A DNA stretch of 61,021 nt from Craspedostauros australis (Eukaryota), in contig JALAGF010000951.1 of the NCBI GenBank assembly GCA_030167865.1, positions 1 through 61,021 of the forward strand, in the 5' to 3' direction. Below are positions 1 to 10,468 of the stretch, piece after piece. Each line of letters opens with the position of its first letter. The stretch's first letter is position 1. The notes under the pieces are model-generated. The model was not told the origin of the DNA. It saw only the letters and a program-made list of their open reading frames with translations, and did not search any database. Position numbers and translations under genes: made by a program.

Positions 1-282
1 AAGCGACTGATGGAGGGAGAATGTGTTGAGGCCGATGGGGGGTATGGTGGGCCCCATGTGCTGAAGCCAACCAGCTATGTGTCGAAGTCAAACAAACGAG
101 CTAAGTCCAATGCTCGTGCGCGCCATGAAACGATCAATCGGCAATTCAAGAGATGGGCGATCTTGGGGAGCACATACAGGTCAGATAGAGAACGCCATAA
201 GGCGGTGTTCAAAACAATTGCCTTTCTCACACAACTGTCTATTCAATCTGGAGGCTTCAGTCCATACCAAGTTAATTACTAG
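1..282 (+). mobile_element. PIF/Harbinger-like (DDE_Tnp_4) transposase, C-terminal part, truncated by the window edge
   Basis: Frame is open from base 1. It contains ADGGY (second catalytic Asp) and RARHETINRQFKRWAIL (catalytic Glu region), followed by the R...H...F..IA..TQL tail typical of this family. Confidence 0.8.
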
Positions 283-1845
283 AGTCAAGAGTGATCCACA
301 TCCTATTGAATGCCACAATCACTTCATCGTGTCGTCAACAGCTGCACTGCCTTTTCGCAGACTACAGTATGCGTTCGACATTGGACTGACGAGCAGAAAT
401 CAAACACGAACGGGGTTTGTTGGTAGAACAGTGATACAACGTATTTTCCATAGAAATGACATATATGCATATTTACCTCAACTCCCTGGTGGTCGAGTAA
501 TCGTGGGACCACCGCCCGGTATGAATCACGTTGGGGGTATGTCTCGCTATTCGAGTTGGGTGCAAAGGGCGGCGAATTGCTCGGTACATATATGTTGGAG
601 ATACATAGGAACTGAGAAATCGTCCAAAATAGCAGTCCTTGATCACTGTGTCACGGAGGGCTTGTCAACCACTTCCGTGTAGGTCAAGTTAGTACCTGAG
701 CAAAGGGCGGCCTCGAGACATCGTATGCGCAAAGCCCACCATCTGCACTTGGCACGCACGGAGTTTCAGGGGGCTACTTGTCTCGCATTCGTGCGAACGT
801 GGACCATCTTCGTGTGAAAGCGGTATTCCTTGTACTGGTCGATTCTCCCCACTCCACTCTTTCGGTGATCATTTTTCTCTCGCTTATTTCACCATAAGTC
901 GCGATTTCAAAACATGTTGATTGATAGAATAGTATGCGTACGTACACGTACGCATTTTTGGAATCGTGTGCGAGTGTGCCCCCCTTTGCGGTTCGTATTC
1001 GTCCAGCGAGAGTTCTTGTATTCTACGTTTTGGTGATGAAGGAGACACCATCACGCAAACACGGATACTCATAAGTGAAGCATCATCACAAAGGATTTAT
1101 GGCTCCTTTCAGGAACAAAAAGCAGCAAAGCATCACACTCCCGAACCATGTCGACAAGCCCTCGGACAGGGCCATCATCAAAGTCCATGATTCATTGATG
1201 GGAACGTTTGTACCACGGTTGATTGATGATAAAGTGTTTGCTCAATAGCCCGATAATGCCCCGAAACAAGACATAAACCGAAAAGTGCACTTCGGGGATA
1301 TTTGTGTGTCTTCGTGCTAGTCGTCGTTCCGCCACCTACTTATGGGTTTCGTGATTGGAGTAGAGGCCCGAAGCGATATTGCCTCACATTTCACGTTTGT
1401 TGCGTGGATGCTGCACAGTCTTCTCCTCTGTTGCATCGAAATCGAGACCAGTGCGTAACGTCAATGCATTTGGTCATGATGTGTGGTGCATTCTTGTGCA
1501 CAACTCACCCGTGTGTATTTGTTGAGCAGGTTCGTTTCTCTCTTCCTCCTCCTCCGTTTCGTTTCCTCTTTGTTGTGCACCATCTCTCTGGTTTGAAAGC
1601 CACCTGTGTGCTTGTTGTTGTGTGAGCATTGACGTCGGACCACGGGGCCATACGAGGTAGCACCATGCTCTTCAGCAGAGCATGAGGATGCGCAACTGAC
1701 AGCAACCGTTTGGATCGTGCCGAACCAGAACCGACCCCAACTTTTTCATTTCAACTCAGACAACACTCATAAAATCAACATCTGAGCAAACACAAAAGCC
1801 ACAGATCCAAACAACAACAAGAGCAGAATAAGCAGCAACGCCATC

Positions 1846-3237
1846 ATGCGCTTCTCCACCTCCTTCTCCCTCCTCGCTTTCGCCTCCATGGCCAGCGCCG
1901 AGCTCCCAACTCTGCCGGAGCACATCTCCCACAGACTCGTCGTCTCCCCAGGAACGGCCCAAGTCTGCCCTCTCGACTTCCATCTCTACGACCAGAACGG
2001 TGACACACCCCCAGCGGCCCCACCGATCACCATCACCCAGCAGGACACCACCACGGTGCAGTTCTCCGTCAACAACCTCTGGGCCGCCGACGGCGTGGAC
2101 AACATCTTCGTTGAGTACACCACCGACGACTTGGGCTCCACGTCCTGCGTCGAGGAGGTGAACTTCGGCGAGCTCGACACCATCGACCTCACTGCGTACT
2201 GCCTCTGCACGCAGCCAATCGCCATCGTCAACATCTACGTCGCCGATCCTGAGGTGACGGGAGATGCCGAGATCCCACAGTGCTGCCACGACGGAGCCAA
2301 CCCGCTGCCAATGAACACGGTGCAGTACACCTACATCCTGCAGTGCGAACCCACCTGCGATGACGAGCCATTCTCCGAGTGCCCAGAGGAAGTCCTCGAC
2401 TTCAACGACCTCCCTGAGCTGTCCTACGTCTACGATGAGTACTGGAGCGGCCGCGGAATCAAGATCACCGCCAAGGCCGACACCACCGACGTCAACCTTG
2501 GACACACGCCTATCCCAGACCCAGCTTACCCTACCGGATCCGCGTGGCAGGACCGATACGGCTTCACCGAGAACAACCCAACCATCTACACTGATGACCA
2601 ATGGGTGCAGACTCTGCACAACCCATCCGGGGGTGCTGCCCGCGTCTTCAACACTCTTCGCCCTGATGGAAACCGTGGCAACAACAAGTGCCAACCAAAC
2701 AATGGCAACGAAGGTGACAAAGACTTGGGATCACCAAACCGAGATTGCCCAGCCGGAACCCCAGGACTTCTCAACAACGGACCAGGAGTCGGAAACGGGG
2801 GCAAACCAACCACATCATTCCCCAACTGTCCAAGCGAGCTCCTCGGAAACGTCCTCATCGTCCAGGAGAAGGTCAAGAGTTGCCCAGATGATACTTCCGC
2901 AGGAGGCTTCATCATGTTCGATTTCAACCCTAACATCGCCGGAACCATCGACTTCCTCGCCGTCAAGATGCTGGACGCTGACGACGGTGACGAACCAACA
3001 ATCACCGTCTGGACCGAGTTCGAGGATCTCAACTCGCCAGCCTCCACCCCAAGTATCACCGGGCCGATTGTGGGCAACAATGGTCTGTGGATCGACGACT
3101 TCACATTCCCATCTGGCATCAAGCGCGTCCGTTTCGACTTCCCAGGATCCGGATCCATCGCAGAGATCAAGTACCGCCCAACCATCTGCTATGATGAGGA
3201 CATCTGCTCCATGCCAGCAATCCAGAAGCCAAAATAA
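1846..3237 (+). CDS. Secreted cysteine-containing two-domain protein (463 aa), diatom-like extracellular family, function unknown
   Basis: Signal peptide MRFSTSFSLLAFASMASA and strong C-ending codon bias. Cys-spaced N-terminal domain ends ...IPQCCH...YILQCEPTC. The C-terminal domain contains GDKDLGSPNRDC...GPGVGNGG...GNVLIVQE...PDD. Confidence 0.85.
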   Translation: MRFSTSFSLLAFASMASAELPTLPEHISHRLVVSPGTAQVCPLDFHLYDQNGDTPPAAPPITITQQDTTTVQFSVNNLWAADGVDNIFVEYTTDDLGSTSCVEEVNFGELDTIDLTAYCLCTQPIAIVNIYVADPEVTGDAEIPQCCHDGANPLPMNTVQYTYILQCEPTCDDEPFSECPEEVLDFNDLPELSYVYDEYWSGRGIKITAKADTTDVNLGHTPIPDPAYPTGSAWQDRYGFTENNPTIYTDDQWVQTLHNPSGGAARVFNTLRPDGNRGNNKCQPNNGNEGDKDLGSPNRDCPAGTPGLLNNGPGVGNGGKPTTSFPNCPSELLGNVLIVQEKVKSCPDDTSAGGFIMFDFNPNIAGTIDFLAVKMLDADDGDEPTITVWTEFEDLNSPASTPSITGPIVGNNGLWIDDFTFPSGIKRVRFDFPGSGSIAEIKYRPTICYDEDICSMPAIQKPK

Positions 3238-3730
3238 AGGAACTTCCCAATTCACAAACAACATAAACACTATGTACAATAGAATCACTCACAATACTAT
3301 CACAGAATAGGAGTGTGCATCATCATGCGTCCAATAGAATGCGCGACCAGCAAACGCTGTGTGCTCCAAGTCTGATCTCAGTATTGGCACAACCCGTAAT
3401 GATGAATGTAAGGTTCCGTAACGACGGCGATCCTTGATCGGGAACTTGGCCGTATTTCATCGTTTTCTGTCCGCACGCTCCAGTCGTCCTCTTGAATCTT
3501 CCTCGGCACACTTCCATACGCCAAGCGCAATGCAACTAATGGCAGCGAATCATTCGAAAAATAGAGTACGAGTATTGGTAGATAGTGAGTGCTCTAGTGG
3601 AGTGTTAGCCTTTTTTTGGAACGTCCTGCAAGTTGTTTGGGGTCATACTAGTACTCGTTCACTGTTGTGACTGGTCGGAACTAACAGAGAATTGCTCTTT
3701 GCCGTAGCCAAAGGCATCGCCATCTGCGGC

Positions 3731-4828
3731 TCAGTTCGCACCCTCCGGTGTCTCGCCACTCTTTCCATCGCTGTTGCTGGCATCGTCGGCATCGAGGACG
3801 GCCTTTGAAGACTTCGCTGCGGCACTATCCTTCGCCTTCTCCTCCTCCTTCAGTCGCAACAGCTTCCGCCCGAGGTGCTTCATGAAAACCTCGAAACACC
3901 TTTTTTCGGATTCCGGAAAAGTATCATCCACCATGTCAAATGCTGCCACGTTACGTTCGTACGTTGTGATGGTGCAATCAGCGCCGATGTCAAGCAGACT
4001 TTCAACCATCTCTCCATGCCCGCCCGCGGCAGCGCAATGAAGTGGAGTCCGCCCTCCCTCATCTTGCACATTGACATCGAGATCGGCAGAATTGCACAAC
4101 GCCCATAACACGTTGGGGTTGCCTCCAGTTGCGGCGTCGTGAAGAAGCGACTCGCCTTTGCTGTTCTTGACGGTGACATCCATTTTGCATGGCCCAATCA
4201 AGTAGTCCAGAATATCTACGTCATCGTCGCAGCGTCCACAAGCCTCATGCAAAGCGGTTTTCTCAGACTGGTCCTTCGCGTAGATGTTGGCATTACACGA
4301 CTCCACCAGATACTTCACCACGTCAAAGGTACCAGAGCCGCACGCCTCGTGCAGTGCGGTCGTTCCATAGCTGTCTGGAGCATTGACATCTACCTCGCAT
4401 ACCTCCACGAGATACTTGGCGATTTCCATATGTCCGCCCCCGCACGCGTAATGAAGAGGGCATACATCAAAATCGGTTGCACCAAGCTTGGTCAACATGG
4501 CAGGATTTGATCCACACGTCTCCACGAGATACTTCACAACATCCAGATGCCCACCGTTGCATGCCTCGTTGAGTGGAATGCGGCGTGGGTCATCGATGAT
4601 ATCATCGATGCAGGCCTCCGGATTCTCGTCTCTCCACCGCTTGACTGGGTCTAAGTCGCCACGGCGTGCGCCAAAGCACATATCGTCGCGAGAGGTAGAT
4701 GAAAGGCTCCTTCGATTTACCCTTGATTGCTGCCTGCCCAGGTTGGTGGCGATTGATGTTGGCCAAATCCGTTGGTTGTGGACAGAAGTTGTCACAAAGG
4801 CAGACGACAGCGCACGGACCCAAAGCAT
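3731..4828 (-). CDS. Ankyrin repeat protein, copy 1 (365 aa)
   Basis: About six repeats of the G-x-T-P/A-L-H-x-A type (PLHYACGGGH, GTTALHEAC, GRTPLHCAAAGGH). The N-terminus is Arg-rich and lacks acidic residues, resembling an organellar presequence. Confidence 0.9.
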   Translation of the reverse strand: MLWVRALSSAFVTTSVHNQRIWPTSIATNLGRQQSRVNRRSLSSTSRDDMCFGARRGDLDPVKRWRDENPEACIDDIIDDPRRIPLNEACNGGHLDVVKYLVETCGSNPAMLTKLGATDFDVCPLHYACGGGHMEIAKYLVEVCEVDVNAPDSYGTTALHEACGSGTFDVVKYLVESCNANIYAKDQSEKTALHEACGRCDDDVDILDYLIGPCKMDVTVKNSKGESLLHDAATGGNPNVLWALCNSADLDVNVQDEGGRTPLHCAAAGGHGEMVESLLDIGADCTITTYERNVAAFDMVDDTFPESEKRCFEVFMKHLGRKLLRLKEEEKAKDSAAAKSSKAVLDADDASNSDGKSGETPEGAN

Positions 4829-5103
4829 CTTTCAGTGAGTGATCCTGCGCTTTGGATGATGATGATGTATAGCACGAGTAGAGCTTTCCGACGAATCCGC
4901 TTGGCAACGAAGAGGGGTCTGCTGAGATTTGGAGTGACGGAGGCGATTTCGCGTGCAGCGCAATTGTGCGTAGGTACTTGTGTTGTCTCGTTGCGATTTC
5001 ATGTTTATGACAGCTGTGATGGTTCTGTCCGGACGATGCCGTTCACTGAGGTTTACAATGCAATTCAGGAAGAACACTCGGACGAGAACACCGTCAATCG
5101 ATC

Positions 5104-5219
5104 ACCGTGTGTTGATGGAGCGTGGAAAATCTAGGTTTACTTGAGAACATGGATGAATTGTACCGCGTGTTGATGGAGCGTGATAAATCTAGGTTTATTT
5201 GAGAACGTGGATGAACTGT
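5104..5219. repeat. 58-bp minisatellite, 2 copies, upstream of ankyrin copy 1
   Basis: Consensus unit accgcgtgttgatggagcgtggtaaatctaggtttacttgagaacgtggatgaattgt occurs twice with few mismatches. Confidence 0.9.
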
Positions 5220-5537
5220 ACCCTGTCACGTGGAACTCTCCGCAGATACTCCAACAACAGAGGATCCCAGTACTCTATACTTGCAAGTCGTCATGCGTAC
5301 TAATCGTATTGCGTTGGATCTGTCTTACCTACGCCAAGCGCAATGCAACTCATGGCAGCGAATCATTCGAAAAATAGAGTACGAGTATTGGTGGATAGTG
5401 AGTGCTCTAGTGCAGTATTAGCCTATTTTTGGAACGTCCTGCAAGTTGTTTGGGGTCATGCTTGTTCACTGTTGTGGCTGGTCGGAACTAACAGAGAATT
5501 GCTCTTTGCCATAGCCAAAGGCATCACCATCTGCGGC

Positions 5538-6635
5538 TCAGTTCGCATCCTCCGGCGTCCCGCCACTCTTTCCATCGCTGCTGCTCGCATCGTCGGCATC
5601 GAGGACGGCCTTTGAAGACTTCGCTGCGGCACTATCCTTTGCCTTCTCCTCCTCCTTCAGTCGCAACAGCTTCCGCCCGAGGTGCTTCGTGAAAGCCTTG
5701 TAGCACCAAGTTTCGGATTCCGGAAAAGTATCATCCACAACGTCGAATGCGGCCACGTTACGTTCGTATGATGTGATGGTGCAATCAGCGCCGCGGTCAA
5801 GCAGACTTTCAACCATCTCTCCATGCCCGCCCCAGGCAGCACAATGAAGTGGAGTCCACCCTTTCTCATCTTGCACATTGACATCGAGATCGGCAGAATT
5901 GCACAATGTCCAGAAGACGAAGGAGTTGCCTCCAGTCGCGGCGTCGTGAAGAAGCGACTCGCCTTTGCTGTTCTTGACGGTGACATCCATTTTGCATGGT
6001 CCAATCAAATATTCCAGAGTATCTACGTTATCGTTGTGGCGTCCACAAGCCTCATGCAAAGCGGTTTTCTCAGACTGGTCCACCGCGTGAATGTTGGCAT
6101 CGCACGACTCCACCAGATACTTCACCACATCAAAGGTACCAGACCTGCACGCCTTGTGTAGTGCGGTCGTTCCATAGCTGTCTGGAGCATTGACATCTAC
6201 CTCGCATACCTCCACGAGATACTTGACGATTTCCATATGTCCGCCCCCGCACGCGAAATGAAGAGGGCTTACACCACGCTTGGTTGTACCAAGCTTGGTC
6301 AACATGGCAGGATTTGATCCACACGTCTCCACGAGATACTTCACAACATCCAGATGCCCACCGTTGCATGCCTCGTTGAGTGGAATGCGGCGTGGGTCAT
6401 CGATGATATCATCGATGCAGGCCTCCGGATTCTTGTCTCTCCACCGCTTGACTTTGTCTAAGTCGCCACGGCGTGCGCCAAAGCACATATAGTCGTGGGC
6501 GGTATCTGATAGGCTCATTCGATTTATCCTTGATTGCTGCCTGCCCAGGTTGGTGGCGATTGATGTTGGCCAAATCCGTTGGTTGTGGACAGAAGTTGGC
6601 ACGAAGGCAGATGATACCGCACGGACCCAACGCAT
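5538..6635 (-). CDS. Ankyrin repeat protein, copy 2 (365 aa)
   Basis: Collinear paralogue of 3731-4828 with the same length and the same ankyrin motifs. Confidence 0.9.
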   Translation of the reverse strand: MRWVRAVSSAFVPTSVHNQRIWPTSIATNLGRQQSRINRMSLSDTAHDYMCFGARRGDLDKVKRWRDKNPEACIDDIIDDPRRIPLNEACNGGHLDVVKYLVETCGSNPAMLTKLGTTKRGVSPLHFACGGGHMEIVKYLVEVCEVDVNAPDSYGTTALHKACRSGTFDVVKYLVESCDANIHAVDQSEKTALHEACGRHNDNVDTLEYLIGPCKMDVTVKNSKGESLLHDAATGGNSFVFWTLCNSADLDVNVQDEKGWTPLHCAAWGGHGEMVESLLDRGADCTITSYERNVAAFDVVDDTFPESETWCYKAFTKHLGRKLLRLKEEEKAKDSAAAKSSKAVLDADDASSSDGKSGGTPEDAN

Positions 6636-6919
6636 CTCTCAGTGAGTGATCCTGCGCTTTGGATGATGATGATGATGATGATGATGTATAGTACAAGGAG
6701 AGCTTTTCGATGATTCCGCTTGCCAACGAAGAGGGGTCTGCTGAGATTTGGAGTGACGGAGGCGATTTCGTGTGCGGCGCAATTGTGCGTACTTGTGTTG
6801 TATCGTTGCGATTGAATTTTTATGACAGCTGTGATGGTTCTGTCCGGACGGTGCCGTTCACTGAGGTTTACAATGTAATTCAGGAAGAGTGCTCGTGGGA
6901 GAAATACCATGAATCAATC

Positions 6920-7096
6920 ACCGTGTGTTGATGGAGCGTGGTAAATCCGGGTTTACTTGAGAACATGGATGAATTGTACCGCGTGTTGATGGAGCGTGGT
7001 AAATCTAGGTTTACTTGAGAACGTGGATGAATTGTACCGCGTGTTGATGGAGCGTGGTAAATCTCTAGGTTTATTTGAGAACGTGGATGAACTGTC
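6920..7096. repeat. 58-bp minisatellite, 3 copies, upstream of ankyrin copy 2, followed by a duplicated cctgtcacgtggaact motif
   Basis: Same unit as 5104-5219, present three times; the third copy has a 2-nt insertion. Confidence 0.9.
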
Positions 7097-7820
7097 TCCT
7101 GTCACGTGGAACTGTCCCCTGTCACGTGGAACTCTCCGCAGATACTCCGACAACAGAGGATCCCAGTACTCTATACTCGCAAGTCGTCATGCGTACTAAT
7201 CGTATTGCGTTGGATCTGTCTTAACTTGCCTTGGTACCACACGATTACTGCAAATTCGCGCAGCGCTCGTATTTTGGCGTCACATCAATCCATGCTCTGG
7301 AAGAACTCTGCGTTGCTCTCTGACAGACATACAGAAAAAGGAGTGCAATCCATGAACATACAGACAGACATGTATTCATATACAGTGGCAGACAGCCACA
7401 CATGTCGTCAGACTGTCATGATACACAGAAGGCAACCAACCCAAGAAGCCGCCATCCCTACTTCTGCCTCTCTCTGTGTGTGTCCGAATGCAACTGCACA
7501 TGATTTCGCTCTGGTGGGTGTTAATAATGCTCTGGTACCCTGAAGCAATTCGGTGCTCTTCTCTCCAAGAAATGACACTCTGCGCCGTGCGTCCCTGCTG
7601 CAGCCTGGTAGAGAGTATAATATGTAATTTGAGGATTGACAAAGCAACATGCGGCAGACCTATTACCTGCTTCCAAATTGCGTCCCGGACGCACACCTCA
7701 ATCGGAGATCACGACACCAGTTACTGCCAGTGTCGTTGTTGGGAAGAATGCATGTCGGGTTCGTTCCGGTTGCAGCAACTTCCACGCTTCCTCTGTCACC
7801 AATCGACGGATGCCCGCGCA

Positions 7821-8616
7821 TCAGTGTCCCTGCGATGCTGTGGAGCGGATCTTCCTCCTGCGCACGCCCTCCGCCTCGAGGTCTTCCATATCGTATTGAA
7901 AGCCTCGCATGGCGTCTCTGTGCAGGCGTTTGCCAATGAAGCAAAAGAAGATACGCCCGCGCCAGTTGTTGGGTATCACAGCATACGAAACAGTGACGTG
8001 ACATGACTCACGCTTGTCCGATGTTGACGATGATTCCAGCTCCTGCACGATCTGTGTCGTAGTGAGCGTGCATTGCATCATCGACAACACCATGGAGAGC
8101 TCGTAGCGACGTTCATGCTCATCGATGTCCTTTTTGGTGACCGTGAAGATCGATCTGTGTTTGCGGTTGTTGCAGAGGACGAACTCTCCCATGTAACGTG
8201 ATCCCACCAAAGCATGATTGCTACCGAATTTCTCGTCGATGTTCTGAGGTCCATTGCTGAGACTGATACTGTCGTCGGCGCAAGTGTGCATGCATCTGTT
8301 GCTATTGGTGTTCAGGGTGCTGCTGCTGGTACCGAAGTTGACGGAAGCGGAGATGATGACGCCGTCATCTGTCGCATCTGCGGTCCTCTCGGTGACGGTC
8401 GAATCATCGTGAGGTTGAAGGAGAGAGCCGTGCTTGTTAGTGCTGCCTGATGCAGATGGAAGTTCCATCAGATCCATTCGAGTGCAGATTCGAAAGACTC
8501 TCGCATGGCAGCTTGAAGTCCGCGAGGATATCGAAGGCCAGCTTGCCTGGAACAGCCAGGACGGTGGAATCCGCCATTCCGAAATGATCCTTAGTTTTGA
8601 TGAACGTTGGTGCCAT
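7821..8616 (-). pseudogene. Possible SRPBCC/polyketide-cyclase-like protein, apparently frameshifted
   Basis: ATG at 8616 gives ...VLAVPGKLAFDILADF..., resembling an SRPBCC N-terminus. It is out of frame by 1 nt with the 218-aa ORF 8477-7821 (VGSRY...IFTVTK...CHVTVSY...LHRDAMRGFQYDMEDL). Confidence 0.4.
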
Positions 8617-10468
8617 CTTGTTCAGTATGGTGTTGTTCAGTATGGTGTTATATTAGGTCAGATTGCTGGTTGGTCGGAAACCGCGATTTTATGGGCACGT
8701 CCGACTAGCTTGCCACATTCGTTGGTGGCTGGTTCTGGAGAGATCGTGATCTTCTCGGAAATGCGTTCCGCCTTCTTGAGCGTTGGGCCGTGCTTCTCGT
8801 TTCAGATGCATGAACGATGGCTGGTCGTTTGTGTCGAGCTGCGCGGAACTGTTTTTCGCGGCCATTCAATCCGGTTCCTGAATGAAAAGTTCCCAACGGC
8901 GTGGAGGAGATACGGAACGGCCAATGCGGCTGCGGCTTAACGGCGATTGATGGCCCTGTTGATGGCTGTCGCGGTCGCCATGACTATCGATACATCTTTG
9001 CGTGGTAGACGGCGGCCTCACAACGAAGATGCGTTCCGCCCATCCAAGGAGTCTCTGTTGGTTGCTTGCTTGGTTTCCTTTTTTGCCGCCATCTTCAGCA
9101 GTCACAGCCTGCGAGAATGAGCTTCCGCTCTGCTGCTGCTGTGCATTCTTGTGCCAAGATCTTGTCGATCAGGTCAAAGGAAGTCCGGACAGTCCTGTCC
9201 GTGTTGCGATGATTTCTGTTCCCCAGACACACGAGCGCAGCGTTCTTGATCGAGATCGTCCCGATCCGAACTCGTTCCACAAGGATTCTGTGTGTTGTGG
9301 TGCCACCGAGGTTCCTTTACCTGGGGACCGAGTATACTAGTAGTAGCTTGGAGCTGCTGTGCTGAACAAGCTTGTCTTGACTCTTCTCCTTTCCTTTTTT
9401 GGCGCGAGATCGCAACCCCGTTGTCGTTTCAACACGAAATCGCATCAGCAGCTGAAAGCCATGATGGCGAATGGCAGTGTCCGAAAACAGCGAAGAACAG
9501 GTTTTCATCAAAGCTAGTGTCTCAACTGCTCACGATTCATTGTTGATGACGGTTACTGGAGAAGATGACAACGACGACAGATGGTGACGTCAAACAGACG
9601 CTCTCCACACAAATCAAGAAGAAGAGCCGAACTTCAACACCGCCTCCGGAGTTCGGGAGACAACGAACCTTCGGCAAAGAACATGGCTTCGTTGTGGCAT
9701 CGAAGAATGCTTCTTTGTTCTTTGTCCATTGGCGCCGTTTTTGCAGTGCATTGGATCGGAACTTCAATTTGATTGTCGGATGTTCGATCGAGTCATTCAC
9801 GACTCGAAACATGTACACAATTTTGGCAAAGTGGCGAATGTCGACACATCACAACAAGATGTTTTCGATGTGCGTTGGAATGCATTCCACCTCATGGGAT
9901 CGTGCTTGTGTGATGTGGTGTGGTGTGATGTGTGAGGGGTGCTGCGTCAGGATTGTGCATGATGTGGCCATGCGATGCATGCATCTGTTTGCATTGGTAT
10001 GTCTGCAGTTGCGCATGTGTATGATTGTGTGCGTGTGTGTTTGTTGATTTCCGACGATGCAGCAGCAGCACAATTTCCCAACAGCTCACAAAAGCAACAC
10101 TCGTGTGGGATGCAGTCGGCGTATGGGCATGGCACTGCGGACTACTCTGCTCCACGATCATATCTCGATGGCATGACACGCAACCACAGAGACGACGGTG
10201 GATGGATGCAAACTCCGACTTGCGCACATGCGATGCATGATGGAACCAACGATGGAGTTGGCAACGACGCATACCACGGGGAGGCAGCAGCTGAGAGTAC
10301 TCTTCTCTATATGCAATTGATGTTTCCTATTACGGTATGTTACAGTTTGTGCATCGTCGTGACGACATGGGCGGCGCAAAGCCAGTGTGATGAAAATCCT
10401 GCCATCGGCACTTGAATGAGAGAGGCAGCAGCAAGTGTATTACGTACAAGTCTCACGCGACTCCTCAT

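Larger units (their letters stand above)
3517..7223. repeat. Tandem duplication of about 1.8-1.9 kb (unit 1 3517-5329, unit 2 5330-7223), each unit with an ankyrin gene plus flanks
   Basis: tacgccaagcgcaatgcaact starts both units (3517 and 5330), and cgtattgcgttggatctgtctta ends both. The units align closely throughout. Confidence 0.95.

Noticed and set aside
5104-7096. 58-bp repeats as a CRISPR array
   Set aside because: The units are contiguous with no unique spacers, there are no cas genes, and the context is eukaryotic.
8700-10415. Several 60-160 aa ORFs on both strands
   Set aside because: Low-complexity, TG-rich intergenic composition with no motif support.
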